Assembly: GCA_951406725.2 (NCBI GenBank)
Contig: OX597822.1
Location: forward strand, 72,850,001-72,914,000
Reading direction: 5' to 3'
Length of the DNA: 64,000 bases
Source of the DNA: Octopus vulgaris
Taxonomy: Eukaryota
Part shown: one piece after another, positions 1-13,830 of the stretch
How positions within the stretch are numbered: the first letter of the stretch is position 1
Layout of the letters: every line of letters begins with the position of its first letter
Made by a program: the position numbers and the translations under genes
The notes under the pieces: generated by a model
The model's input: only the letters and a program-made list of their open reading frames with translations
What the model was told of the DNA's origin: nothing
The model's database searches: none

Positions 1-180
1 AAAATGCCGCTAACTAATTTTCCTGGCGTGCTACCGATTCTGCCAGCTTGCTGTTTAAGACAACATAGAATATCCTTTTCTAGGCCCGAAATTTTGGGGG
101 AAGGGACCAGTCGATTAGATCGACCCCATTACTCAACTGGTACTTAATTTAACGACCCCGAAAGGATGAAAGTCAAAATT
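1..180 (-). mobile_element. tRNA-derived SINE family A fragments
   Basis: Reverse complement of the element seen intact at 44331-44561 (CTGGTACTTAATTTA-CGACCCCGAAAGGATGAAAG core; 1-52 matches the head region). Confidence 0.8.
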
Positions 181-1125
181 TAGCACCCAACGAACTACCA
201 AATTCAAGTAGTTCTTTGATCGACATATTTTCAATCCATCAGTTTAAATTGGTCAACAATTGGTTATAAACACTCTCTCGAAAGTTATATCCACCCTCCC
301 CAAAGAAATGCATACAAAACCATACATTTTGTTCACATGAAAATAGAAACCATATAAATTCATTTGCTGTTCTTGTGTGGTATATATCGTATAGAATATA
401 CTGTAGATAAGATATTGCATTACCAGATAATTAGAAGATGTTATATGTCGTTGGTATTTTGATATTATTTATGCAGATATATCACAGTATCGTCTAACTA
501 TTACGGTGATGAGATGTAACATGTCCTGATCGTCATACTGATCAGCATATGTTAACCCTCTGAATTTCTGGGAAGGAAGTGTATTCCCCGATTGGAGATA
601 ATCAAAATATATCAGGAGCAATTGATCAGTGTCATCTTAGCGACTAATTAGGTGCCATGACGTACTAGAGCAGAGTTACCGGAAACTGTGCAATGCCGTA
701 AGAAATAACATTAATAATGCGTCTGAATATTATTATATACAGAAAGGTATTAAGACGGTGAATGCTGATACATTTTTCGCAATTGGTCCTCATAAACATG
801 ACTTAGAATCTCTATTTCTAACGCTGCCCAATTTGAAAACTGTTACTTAATTCACAGCTGCAACTATGAAGTAGGGTTTCTGTGCCACCTCTGTGCACGA
901 CGACAAAAAGAAAAAAAATCTAGAAATAAACTGTTGACTGATTCACCAATCTTTTTCTAATAGTCGTGGAATGTGTTCATATCTAACCAACACTTCACCT
1001 CCTACTAAAACACCAGGCGTACATCTTGTTTCCGTTGGGGACATAACCCCTTTCTACAACCCCTTTCTTTTAACCCCTTTCTACAATCGATCTTCATTGT
1101 TCAGGTTGGCCTTTTATCTTAAGCT

Positions 1126-1920
1126 TCATTCGGAAAGTTTGTTTCCGCGCAAGTGTAAATTCTTTTCGCCAACTTGATTCAGAAACTTTGAATCTGCGCA
1201 TGCGTAGATTCTAATCTCCTTGTCATTTACTTTGAATGAAATATCAGCAAGAGAGACTTCGAGTCCATCTAGCTCCAACTCATCTCCACTCTTTCCTCTA
1301 AATATATCAGCTTTCTCTCTTAATCTGCGAACACCTCGAATTAAAAACATATCTTTGATCCTACTTCATTCTTCGTTATTGATATCTAAAACACTTCAAT
1401 CCTCTTCGAAGTTATGATGATCGCTATTTTCACAGCTTCGAACATATACTTTACATGGAAAGAATTGCAGCTCAAAGACTGATGCTTCTCTTCAATGCTA
1501 GAAAATATTTCATACTTCAACAATCACCATCCACAGAGCTGAAGTAGGATCCACAACAGAAGGCATATTCACACGATCAGAACGTGCTGCTGCAACCACA
1601 AACATAACGGCAACTAGGGAAAAGTCACATGACTGATTGACATATTCATCTCATGCGCTCCAACTACTGACATATAAACCTGCTGTCTGCATCCTGTCTT
1701 TCATTTTATCTCCCTTTTCTATAGCTATGTCAATAATGGCTGCCTCTTTGTGGTAACAGAACTCGTTGTACCTCAACTCAGGTTCTCTCAACAACTCGTC
1801 TCTCTTCCTCTCATCTCTTATAACATGGCTAACCCTATGACGCCGTGTCACTAATCGTTGCAAGCCTTCCTTCTTCTCTAAAACTTCGTTCTAGGACTTT
1901 CTTTCTGCATAAATTTTCAG
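1126..1920 (-). pseudogene. Decayed single-frame ORF of unknown identity, possibly retroelement gag/protease-like
   Basis: Track ORFs 1651-1863 and 1126-1350 are in the same frame. The intervening sequence reads as complex protein, interrupted almost only by TGA stops. Confidence 0.45.
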
Positions 1921-1984
1921 CTGACAGCATTTTTAGCACAAGATTAATAGAATCACAAAAAGCAGTATCAGTTCTATTGTAGAC

Positions 1985-2180
1985 ACAAGGCCTGGAATTT
2001 GGAGAGGGGACAAGTCGATTACATCGACCCCAGTGTATCGCTGGTACTTAATTTATCGGCCCACGAAAAGATGAAAGGCAAAGTCTACCTTGGCGTAATT
2101 TGAACTCAGAAATTAAAGATGGATGAAATGACGCTAAGCATTTTGTCCGGCATGCTAATGACACTGCCAGCTCACCCCCT
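1985..2180 (-). mobile_element. SINE family A
   Basis: GTCGATTACATCGACCCCAG...CTGGTACTTAATTTATC...TTTGAACTCAGAA...CTGCCAGCTC, the reverse complement of the 44331 copy. Confidence 0.85.
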
Positions 2181-2454
2181 TCACCAATAATAGTATCCAA
2201 TGGGTTACGGATGCCGTTGGCACTAGTTTTCCTTGCAATCTTGTAAAAAACTTTAATCGCGTGTTATCGCCTTAAAATTTACCCCATATTATTTGATGTA
2301 TTCATTTGAGTTAAGCAATATAATAGAGTAACAGTTTCTTGGTGACAAGGTATGTCTTAACTTCATGCCCATTGGTATTACCCGAATAAAGTGTTCGAAA
2401 GCTTATAGTTCAATTTGATATGTTAAATAGTTTGAAACATTCTTCCTTCTCCAT

Positions 2455-2596
2455 TATATATACATACATACATACATACATACATACATACATACATACA
2501 TACATACATACATGCATATGTATGTATGTATGTATGTATGTATGGATGGATGGATGGATGGATGGATGGATAGATGGATGGATGGATGGATGGATG
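2455..2596. repeat. Compound microsatellite (TACA)n-(TGTA)n-(TGGA)n
   Basis: Read directly. The TACA and TGTA tracts are mutually complementary. Confidence 0.95.
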
Positions 2597-4199
2597 TACA
2601 AGCAATGAACAAAGAGAAACCAGAGACAGCAAATGACAACTTATATAGAAACACTGATATATCGATAAATTAAATGAAATAAGTTGTTTTAGGTTGTGAA
2701 TAGAATAAAACAAAGTAGCACAAATTTCCTTTTAAAAACATCTAAATTCAAAGGCCATCGCAACTTCCTTCCGAGGAGAATCTATAATGTCAGTTATTAG
2801 TCAACATATAGGTATGTAATTGATGTATCGTTTCCGTAAATCAGAAAGTATCGGAGTAATGTTTCGCTCGGCAGATTTTCATGTTTGTCAGTCGCAAAAA
2901 TATTTTCAACAACAAAATTTATTTAATAGACATATAAGATACGCAGGAGGTAAATTCATGTGTAGATTCTTCTTCTTTTCTTGTTATTCTAAAGGATGGA
3001 GTTCGTAGGCTTGGTTGAGACTATCATTCAAGATATTGGTAGTGTAATTATGTAAGTGGTGTCGATGTTTTTACATTTTTCGTACGACATCGCCTAGATA
3101 ATTTCATTGAAAGAAAAGTAAACGTAAGAAAAATGTGCCAGAAAAATGCAACACTGACTAAAGCGTTTAGTGCAAAATGAAGTAAGTTAAATTTTATAAG
3201 TTAAAAGCAGATGAAAAAGAAGAAATTACTGAAATGAATTCCAGGTACTTCATCGTCAGTGAATTTGCAAATTGTCTGAAGAATGTTAAACTAAATTTTC
3301 GTTTCCCCTCAGAAAGCAGAGAAGCTTTGTTTATGACCAGATTAGTCGGTCAATAAATCGAAAATGCTAGGCTGCGGTGAATTCGCCAAATATAATAAAC
3401 CGTATAAATAACTATGAAAGACCGTCATACTGTGCCACAAATGCAAATGTATGGTTAATATTGATTTGTTATTGGGATTTTCACATTTTAGATTTAAATG
3501 TAATCGTTCCAATTTTCCATAACTCTCCATATTTCTGGAGAACTGTGTCTCAGAAAATCAAAATAGAAATCAAAAGACAAATAAATAAAAGCTATAGGAA
3601 AGAATTAATACAAATACGAATCAGGGGTGTCCCTAGAGAAGAAAGAAATTATGCGTAATTTTAGTCTCTAGATATTCAATTATGAAGAGAATGGGAGAAC
3701 ATAATATTCTCCACATTTTTTAGCTAACTTCTATAAGTGTACACGCATCTATATCATAGAGTGAGCTACTAAAATATACTCGCATATATACGAAGCTACA
3801 AAGAAACACGGTGCCTACATATATATATATGTGAGCGCGTGCGGCGTGTGTCTGTAATTATGAATAAAGTAGTAAAGATCGTCTAGCGCGGTCGTTTCTC
3901 AAAGAACTCAGTGAGCATGCTCTTATCGGATTTCAAATAAAAGTACAATCACCGTCCAGATTGTAAATTACGCAGCTGCATGTCTCTACTTCGATGGTTC
4001 GCTTTCCTTGTACTCTAAGTCTATGAACCATGCAGTTAGCTATCGTTTCGAATGCCTTTGCCGTCATTAGAAGAATCATTTCAATGGATAAATGTCGTGA
4101 TATAACGCTATCTGTTTAGTGTCAGAAAAAGGATGTATAAATGAGCTTGCATTATCCGAAATAGACGACCACTCACAAATGCGTTTACGTAGGTATATA

Positions 4200-4359
4200 G
4201 CAGGAGTAGCTGTGTGGTAAGCAGCTTGCTTACAAAACACATGGTTCCGGTTTCAGTCCCACTGCGTGACACCTTGGACAAGTGTCTTCTACTATAGCCT
4301 CGGGCCAACCAAAACCTTGTGAGTGGATTTGGTAGACGGAAACTGAAAGAAGCCCACTG

Positions 4360-4430
<71 letters not shown>

Positions 4431-4660
4431 GTATGTGTGGGTATATGTGTATATGTTTGTGTGTCAGTCTTTGTCCGCCAACATCGCTTTGACAACCGAT
4501 GCTGGTGCGTTTACGTCCCCGGTTCGGCAAAAGAGACCGAAGGAATAAGAACTAGTCTTACAAAGAATAAGTCCTGGGGTTCATTTGCTCGACTAAAGGC
4601 GGTGCTCCAACATGGCCGCAGTCAAATGAGTGAAATAAGTAAAAATAAAAGAGTAAAGAG
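4200..4660 (+). mobile_element. CORE-type tRNA SINE family B (Octopus OR-like), near full length, internal (TA)n
   Basis: tRNA-like head (AGCTGTGTGGTAAG...GGTTTCAGTCCCAC), CORE-like GACACCTTGGACAAGTGTCTT, tail ...GGCGGTGCTCCAACATGGCCGCAGTCAAATGA. Many other copies in the window. Confidence 0.9.
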
Positions 4661-4824
4661 AGAGCATTTGGGAGTGGAATATTTATTTACAAGTCATTTA
4701 TACATATTGCCCCAGGTAGATTTTTTATAATATTTAGCAAGGATTTCGATTTTTTAAGCTGCTGGTTCTCTAATATTATAAAAACATTCAAATGTTTTGT
4801 CCCAGTGTCATTCAACTATAACTA

Positions 4825-5328
4825 CACAGACATGACGTAAGTAAACAGACGCGCCATAACACATTGTTCTATGTTTATTCTAACTTGTAAGGGTTTATAC
4901 TTTTTATGAATTGACATTTTTATGTTTCAGATTCTGTGTGTGACTGTTTAATCATGCCACGAAAAAAGAAGTCATGGAACCGCCTCAATTTTAAAGAGGC
5001 CGGAATGTGGGTCAATCCGAAGGTGGACGTAGTTAACGTATAATCGCAAAAAACCTTGGAATTTCCACTTTCTACATTTAATACAGTGATTGTCAAATTT
5101 ACCAGAGATGGGAAAGATTCCATATCCTCTCGCCGAGGTTGACCAGATCTCTCTAAAAGGACCCTTCTCTTTGTTAATAGAAATATGAAGGATAATCCTC
5201 GTTATAAGGCCTGTGACTTAGCAGAACACGTTTTTGTCAGGCCTAGAACAGCTGCCAGCTATCTTTACAAGCTTGGTTACTATGAAAGAGCAGCAAGAAG
5301 AAAGCCACTTATCTGACCAGCCAATATC
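4825..5328 (+). mobile_element. Tc1-like transposon, 5' fragment (transposase DNA-binding region)
   Basis: From ATG 4954, with frameshifts and stops: MPRKK...IIAKNLGI...RRG*P...YLYKLGYYERAARRKPLI. This is the paired-HTH plus RRKP signature of Tc1 transposases. Confidence 0.8.
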
Positions 5329-6974
5329 TTTATCCGTTACGGAAAATCAAAATTCAAAGCACACACTTTCAAAGACTGAAAGCATATAGCATATAGCGTC
5401 CTTCGGGTTCAGAGACCAGCAGGACTCGGCTTCCTTTCGCCTTTTCATCGTAGCGTTAGCTTGTTGAATTTCCCAGTATAGCCTGGAGCGTAGTTGACAA
5501 GTTGTCTCCATCTCTTCACACCGGAAATGTGTACCGTTATTTCATTCTGTTGGAGACTTTGTACTTATTGCAACAGACGACTGTATCAATCAACAAAAAG
5601 ACTGAACTTTCATACAACACGAACGAGTCCTTTCTGTTGTACGAGTTGTTCCTCATTCATCTGAACAGTTACTCATCAACGTCTAGTGGCACCAGCAATA
5701 CATATCTGTCGTCAGTCTAATAGCCCCATCATGTTATAGTAATTGACAAATAGAGACACACCATCCAATAACAAACAATCTTTCTTTTGGATGCGTGGCT
5801 TTCCAAGCATTTAACACATTGGTATCTGAGCGGTAGGAGGTTATTTTGACGTCTGTGAAATTTTGACCAATGTATATACATACATATATACACACACATA
5901 TATATATATATATGTATATACATACAAAAGTATCTAAACGCCAAGACGTATACTGCGGGCTCTTTCCTCTTGCTTTCCCTCCTTTCTACATGCACACATA
6001 CATATTCTCCTCTCTCTCCCTCTCGCACACACACACACACAAATGCATAACATACATATGTACATACACACACATACACATGAAGTATTCTAAACGTGTT
6101 TGTGCTTCGAATCTGTGGTTGTATCGATGTGAGTTTCCGTGTCTAATTTGGTCGGTTGATATATTTATTTTTCTCTAAACCTTTCGGAAACAGCTGCGAT
6201 ATATAATTTACTTTCCCGCCTACGTCATCACTATTGAATATTTTTTCATAAACTTACATTCACGAGCTACCGTGTACCCACGTGTGTGTGTGTGTTTGTG
6301 TGTTTGTGGGTATGTATAAACACGTATTTGTCAGCTATGCACATAAAATGTTATATTCATATAAAAAAAAATTAATATAGCTAACGTACAGACACAAACG
6401 ATGACATATATACACGAAAATTCAAACACAAATACGCAGATACAAGCACATCGACACACACACACGCATGAACACGCATACATATATGTGTGTGCGTGTA
6501 ACTATCTATTTAAGCGATCACCACACACCCACACACTCTTACTCACCGACATATGTATCTATAGGGGATGGGAGTTCATTAACAACGAACACATGATAAC
6601 ACATGACATATAACCAATATAAAACAAATATTATTTTTCAGCGAATGGACTTTACGTTGATCTACAATAGATTATCGATGAGGATGATTTGGACTGTTTC
6701 TAATAGCAGAACAAAGAAAATAAGCAGGTGATGAGACAAATTCAAGATGTAGCCTCAATGTTGGACGTGAGCCAACAGAAAAATACCACAGTAAATAAAC
6801 TTAAGAAGAGTTTAAATACCACACTTTGTTATTCTATGTAGTATACAGCAGGCTTTGTATTGCAAAACGTACCGTAATCAACGAAGTGAGATAATATCTA
6901 AAATGTTATATCTTGTCATACTTAGAACAGCTTTAGGGAAGCAGAGACAGACCGTTGAAATGGCTGAAATAAAA

Positions 6975-7016
6975 ACAACAACAACAATACTACTACTACT
7001 ATTAATAATAATAATA

Positions 7017-7066
<50 letters not shown>

Positions 7067-7204
7067 AATAATAAATAATAATAATAATAATAATGATGAT
7101 AATAATAAATAATGATAATAATAATAATAATAATAATAATGATAATAATGATGATAATAATAAATAATAATAATAATAATGATAATAATAATAATAATGA
7201 TAAC

Positions 7205-7282
<78 letters not shown>
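6975..7282. repeat. (AAC)/(TAC)/(AAT)n/(GAT)n trinucleotide array
   Basis: Read directly. Confidence 0.95.
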
Positions 7283-7284
<2 letters not shown>

Positions 7285-7562
7285 GACCGTTTAGCTTGGG
7301 AGGTTAAACCATTCTGGTCGAGGAGAAAGGTGGTAGTATTACCAATAATTGTCGGAGCCCTGGGAACAGTGAGTAAAATCTTGAGAAGTACATGGAACAA
7401 ATAGGGGCTGCAATAAGGGTGGAGCACTTGCAGAAAACAGCACTGCTTGGAACCACTCGAATACTCCGGAAGGTGCTAGAAAAATATCAGGTGTTGCCTT
7501 AGTTCACTGTACAGCTGACACCGTAGTACATATCCAGCGTTAGAAGCTGTGCAAAGGCATAA
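7282..7562 (+). mobile_element. R4/Dong-clade non-LTR retrotransposon, 5'-truncated 3' end (RLE C-terminus plus 3' UTR)
   Basis: Translates YDRLAWEVKPFWSRRKVVVLPIIVGALGTVSK/NLEKYMEQIG...LQKTALLGTTRILRKVL, the typical R4/Dong C-terminus. It abuts a (TAA)n tract. Confidence 0.85.
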
Positions 7563-8074
7563 ATGCATTTATGTATAACTATACATAAAACGAAGCATAA
7601 ATCCATATGAGTGTGACGCCGTGCGTATTTGTGTATGAAATGGCGTGCGCCCGTCATGTCGCAGCAACATGATAACGTGATCAAATAAATTAAACAATAT
7701 GTCATAGAGTGTTTTTCTGGCAGCAATATCAAATGACCTAAGGGTTTTTGAATTAGGACTAATCAGGTGAAAACCTTCTCTGCAATAACTCGTTTACCTT
7801 TCAATACGAGAATATTGAATAAACGTAAAATCACTGCAGGTCACTAACCGTGGTCCAGTATAAAGTCTTCATTAAAGGAATTTTAACAAAATTACTCGTC
7901 AATTGGTAACTGTATCATTATAATCAAATTACACCGTAGAAACTCTCAATGCTTTGTAAATATTGAATGAATTACTTTACTCATGGAATACAAATGGAGC
8001 ACTTCGATACGATGGAAGTAATGCTAAATATTTATATACACTATTATAGTTTATTTTCATGCAATAAATAATAT

Positions 8075-8485
8075 TGGTTTACAATTTGGGAAACACGGCC
8101 TGCAATTTACAGGGAAAAAGTTAGTTAATTACATAGGCCTCAAAGCTTGATTGGTACTTATTTTATCGATCCCTGAAGTAGGAAAGGCAAAGTCGACCTC
8201 GTCGGAATCTAAACTCAAAACGGAGCGACGGACGATTTAGGCAGCTCGTTGCCTGATGCAATAAGTATGATTGCTTTCAAATTTTGACGCAAGACCAAAT
8301 ATTTCACAGGAGGGGAAAAGCCTATCACATCGACCCCAGTGCTTTAGTGGTACTGATATTGTCGACCCCAAAAGAGACGATAGGCAAATCGACTTCGGCG
8401 GAATTTGGGATCAGAACGTAAAGACGGATGAAATGCAACTTAGTATTTTGCTTGGCTTGCTAAACAATTTCGCCAGCTCATGCTT
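8075..8485 (-). mobile_element. Two adjacent SINE family A copies (decayed)
   Basis: TGGTACTTATTTTATCGA...GGCAAAGTCGACCTCG (8150-8225) and a second copy at 8330-8480. Confidence 0.75.
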
Positions 8486-8779
8486 GATGCAATGAATAAT
8501 ATTGCACAAATATCAATATCACTGAAAATAATGTTAGTAACGCTACTATATTAAAATATACAGTATTATAGATCCATATCAGCCAACACAGTAGGAAACC
8601 GATTGGTAAGATCAGCTGAAATGGCTCTTAACACCGTATGCTTTAATTAATCCACACACACACAGGATGGTCTCTCCTACTGAAGACGCCGTATGAACGT
8701 TCAATTTTAGGTCAAACGACCTGCACAAAGTATGTTTATAGTGATCAAATGTATCAGCTGTACATTAGCTCACTCCCTC

Positions 8780-8945
8780 ATTCAAATTGACGTTGTCTGA
8801 TCAGGTGAGAGGTGTCAAAGTGATTGCAGAGCAATATGAGATAAAGTGTTTTGCTCAAGAACACTACGCACCACCCGGCTAGGAATTGAAATCAAGGTTG
8901 GTAGATCGTGAGTCCAACACTCTAACTACTAGGCCATGTACCCCT
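8780..8945 (-). mobile_element. CORE-type tRNA SINE family C, head fragment
   Basis: AAGTGTTTTGCTCAAGAACAC (CORE-like) and CTCTAACTACTAGGCCA (A-box on the minus strand). Confidence 0.65.
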
Positions 8946-8950
8946 ACACA

Positions 8951-9503
<553 letters not shown>

Positions 9504-9889
9504 TCTTACCCCACAACCAGGCCGGCTGTTACATACATACATTCATACATTAAAAACACCTATAGCTATCTCGCTCCCTCTCTCTCTCTCTCATATATAT
9601 ATATACTGTTTATATATACACACACACTTACATAAAACTATACATATACAGCTTGATAGATATAGACAAATGTTTGACTCCCACGTCGTAAACGACGGAT
9701 GAGGATTCTGCAATTTCTTGAAGAACAAATTACACACATAATTTGTTTATAGTCATCAAATAATTGTGATGTTTATTAGCACCACCCTCCATCAAATCGC
9801 CATTGCTTGTACAGGTTGAGAAGGGGAGCCACACGTCAGATGTCAAAGGAATCGCAGGCCAAATTGAGAGTATTAGTGTTGGCATATCT

Positions 9890-10045
9890 CGAGTTGATTA
9901 CATTGACCCTTGTGCTCGAGTGTTTATTTTATTGACCACGAATGTATAAAGGGCTAAGGTGAACTCGGTAGAATTTGAACTCAGAATGTAAATGCGGAAA
10001 ATATACCGTTAAACATTTTGTCAGGCTTGCTAACAATTCTGCCAT
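9890..10045 (-). mobile_element. SINE family A (decayed)
   Basis: GAATTTGAACTCAGAATGTAA...GCTAACAATTCTGCCA. Confidence 0.7.
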
Positions 10046-10062
10046 ATATATATATATATATA

Positions 10063-10398
10063 TAATAGTTATCGCCATACTAATATGGCATTCTTATAAA
10101 AATAAGAAAAAAGCTGTCCGCTTATTAGCTCCATGAGGCCATCGCCTTAAGTTAGCTATTTGATACACAAACTGTATCCATATAACCTTCGAACAAGGGA
10201 GGTCAGTCGCTCCACACTACTTGACCGGCAGCTACAGACGCGTTTCGGAGTATTGCCCCTTTTCAATGCAGCGTAGCCAGCCAGTAGGTGTCGCTTCCGA
10301 CAATCTCTGTTCGATGGTTTTATTTACCTAGATTCGGTGGAATACATCCACTTGTTTTCAATAATAGAAATATTAAAATAACTAAGTCTCTCTAAAAG
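10063..10398 (-). mobile_element. Short hammerhead-bearing element between (TA)n tracts (PLE-derived or retrozyme-like)
   Basis: Unique ~335-bp island flanked by TA repeats and containing the fold at 10231-10272. Confidence 0.65.
10231..10272 (-). ncRNA. Minimal type I hammerhead ribozyme, U3-A8 variant, GUC site
   Basis: Minus strand: gctgca-TTGAAAA-gggg-caata-ctcc-GAAA-cgcg-TC-tgtagc. 6-bp stem I, 4-bp stem II, palindromic stem III ACGCGT. Confidence 0.75.
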
Positions 10399-10429
10399 AT
10401 ATATATATATATATCGAAGTAAAATAGTG

Positions 10430-10488
<59 letters not shown>

Positions 10489-10899
10489 ACATACATACAT
10501 AAATATATATTATAATACTTGTGTACAATCAAACACACACACATATGTATGCGTACACTTGCATATGTGTGTGTGTGCGTGTGTGCAAGTCTGTTGTTTT
10601 TATAACGCACACACACGCACGTGTGTGTGTATGTATATAAATTTTTGTTTATGAAAGTTCGTGGTTTTGCTGTTTGGGTGTTACACTCATGATGTCAAGA
10701 TTGTTCTGTTTGGATTCCTGAACCGGGGGTTGTTTTATGTTTTTATAGAAAGCACTTCTTTTGACGTGGCTCCTCATCACTCCAATGATCAATTTCTGAG
10801 CGAGGTGTCCAAATTCTGTAGCCTATCCATTCACTCACACAGATCTCCCCCCTGTCTATTTCCGAGGAGCTTTTGTTGGGTAGCCAGCTCAAGTACCTC

Positions 10900-11180
10900 A
10901 TCTATAAGGTTGCATTATAGTTCCCGTCCTGATTCCCAAGCGTCTGTAACTTAGACTATGGATATTATACAACAGGGACCCTCTTGATCTACCGCTAGGT
11001 CATCAGCACTTTGTTGCGGGCGTGGGTGGGTTGTAGTGTGGGGGGAAAAAGATGCGTGTCCTACTGCTCCGAAAAGGACCCAGCATGGAAATATAATGAC
11101 ACCACCTGTACGGATAAAGATCAGAAATTAATAGAAGAAACTAAACCTCACCGATTAGATATAGCTGATATTGTGCCAAC
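10900..11180 (+). mobile_element. RTE-clade LINE fragment (5' region / AP-endonuclease N-terminus)
   Basis: ...W..NDTTCTDKDQKLIEETKPHRLDIADI resembles the APE start motif WNVxxLxGKExELxEExxxxRLDIxGL. Confidence 0.55.
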
Positions 11181-11809
11181 TATGTATTCACAGGTGGGGA
11201 CACTCACAAGCACCTGGTTGTCGGATATGCTACGGAGTGGCTCCAAATATGGAGGAGGTTTTGCTTCTTGAACCTTAAGCCTTGTTCGATCATTGCAGAA
11301 TGAACACTTTATAGTTCCTCTGCACCCTACTTCAATTGCCTATCTGGTTTCTGCACTACCGTACAGATCCTCATACTTGTAAAGTTCTCTCTCTCACGAG
11401 TCTCTCTCATTTGTCCTTCTCAGGGCACATTCAATTCCTGCAGATGTACATGGTGAACCGAAACTCTTTTGGAACATCGCAGTGGACAAAAATTGTCGAG
11501 AAATACAGCTGCAGCTAAAATTGACTTTGGGAAACAAGATGTATTACACTAAAAGATCTAGTCTCAACCTCGCCCTTTTACCTATTGGCTATAGATGTAT
11601 ACCTCGGCATGTAGTGCTAGATAATCGCTGACCTGAGAAAACACCGGTAGACACAAATAATAATTATCACAAGGAATTTGTTGGATATAATTTTCACATT
11701 CTAATTAATTATCGCATTTAATTTATAATTAGACTCATAAAGAAACGTCGTAAAGTTATAATTAAATGTTATTTTCGGTTTAATCTTCAATTTATTGAAA
11801 AATTATAGT

Positions 11810-12010
11810 CTGTTGGGTATAATCGTTACCGCACCGGCCAAAATACTTTGAGGCATATCTTTCGGGTCTTTAAGTCCTTGGTTCAAATACTGCGGAGGTC
11901 AGCTTTGCCTTTCCTGTATTCGGGTCAATAAAATTAAGTACCAGTTCAGCACCGGGGTTGATGTTGTTGAATAACCCTCACAACCAATTGCTTGCCTTGC
12001 GCCAAAATGT
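11810..12010 (+). mobile_element. SINE family A (decayed)
   Basis: GGTTCAAATACTGCGGAGGTCAGCTTTGCCTTTC...TAAAATTAAGTACCAG. Confidence 0.75.
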
Positions 12011-12199
12011 TATATATATATATATAAGTAAAAACTTACAGTGGACAAGGCGATAAAATTGACGTCCAGCGAAATGGGCATCGCATCTAGAAAAGACAGG
12101 GGTTAGAGAAATGGCCTGTAGTCACGTGGGAGCAAACAGGCTGAGGAAAAGGGGGCAAGAGAGAGGATGACGGACAAGAGAGAGCATGAGGGACAATAC

Positions 12200-12970
12200 G
12201 TTGTGGGTCTGTAAAGACACACCAGGTGGTTTTTATGTTACAATGGGAAGTTCTGATTCAGCACAAGTAGCTGGTTATGTCTGTATATATATATACTTTT
12301 TGAAGTGGCAGAACAGTTCCCTAACAAAAATGGAGGTCTATATCGTGATGATTGTTTACTTTACCTTCAAAATGTTTCCGACCAAAAACTAGAAAAAGTT
12401 AGGAATAGTTTAGTTAAGTTTTTCCGTAGAATATGCTTAAGCATAATTTTTGATGATGTAACGAAGGCCAGCTTTTTAGATATTACACTTAACTTACACA
12501 ATAATTGGTACTTCCTATACCACAAACCATCGACCAATCTTAAGTATATTAGCAAATTCATTAATTATTCTAGGGCAATTACTAGGACCTTAGTTAATAA
12601 TATTTCATTTAGATTGTCTAAGTTTCAATGATAAGGCCGAATTTTATAACTCTGCCTTAAAGCAGGTTATACAGAGGAGGTTACCTACATTTATTCCATT
12701 TAATCTTATTCTACCTTTAGTAATGGAGATATGAAATCTAGTTGTAAGGATATAAATTTAGGGATAGGAATAAACGTAACAGTACAGAGCTTAGTAAATT
12801 AATTTGGTATCCAAAAGACCACAATAAGCAATTTAATTTAGCGTGGTTGATTCTCTCAATTTCGATACCTTCTGATAATAGCAAGGAATTCTGTCTTCTC
12901 TGTAATTCTGAACAATTTTTTATTCTTCTTTCTAAAAATCCCCTTGTAAACATGGTTCACACATTAGGTT
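12200..12970 (+). mobile_element. Penelope-like element RT remnant
   Basis: FYVTMGSSDSAQVA, GGLYRDD, FLDITLNL and YHKP motifs (ORFs 12186 and 12305). A CLLCNSE-like C-terminal motif lies near 12890. Confidence 0.85.
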
Positions 12971-13302
12971 TTTTAATGTTCCAATCGCGGAAGCTGGTGC
13001 ATTAAACGGTTAAAATAAGGAGGTTTCGGAAGAGTAAACATTCAACAAATTTATTTTCAATTACAGGCTGTACCGAACTGGCAGGTAAATGTTTAAAATA
13101 TTAATTCCTTGTAACAAATAAGTACTATATATATAACTACGGATTTTGTAATGGGCGCATTTTTGCGGCTCGTTCCGGTCGCGCTTTACCCTGGCTCCGC
13201 CACTGATAATGGCAATATTTCTGGGATCAGTAACTGGCATTATGAAATAGGATCTTTATTTGCATATCCTTAACTTTATCATAAACGAATTTTTAAAATA
13301 TA

Positions 13303-13372
<70 letters not shown>

Positions 13373-13509
13373 TATAAAGCCAAAAGAAACTTTTTCTTTG
13401 CCACTATGCTGAAAATAGACGCTAAATCGTCTAACCACATAAATTATTTACTTGTATAATTACAGCACATATCGAAAGCAGGCTAACAGGTTTTTTTTTA
13501 AATATAGTT

Positions 13510-13572
13510 ATCCCCGAATCGGTTCTGATTTCTAGATTAATCCCAAGAAGATTCTTCCTTCATCAGCGATGA
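13510..13572 (-). ncRNA. Decayed hammerhead ribozyme motif
   Basis: Minus strand: catcg-CTGATGA-aggaagaatc...gattaatcta-GAAA-tc-agaacc-ga-TT-cgggg. Intact core, weakened stems. Confidence 0.45.
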
Positions 13573-13695
13573 ACACAATTTTTGGGGGGAGAGGAGGGGC
13601 GGGGATTACCCTTATTTATAACTGTATTTGTAATTTTCACCTTAAAAGGTATTTTTCATATGCTGGTCACCGATAAAATTTCTGAATAGAATTTT

Positions 13696-13697
<2 letters not shown>

Positions 13698-13752
<55 letters not shown>

Positions 13753-13759
13753 GTGTGTG

Positions 13760-13813
<54 letters not shown>

Positions 13814-13830
13814 AAGAGACAGAGAGAGAG
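13698..13830. repeat. (TA)n-(GA)n compound microsatellite
   Basis: Read directly. Confidence 0.9.

Noticed and set aside
5400-5730. Possible LTR plus primer-binding site on the minus strand
   Set aside because: Only a TG start and weak PBS resemblance. No second LTR, TSD or coding motif is recognisable.
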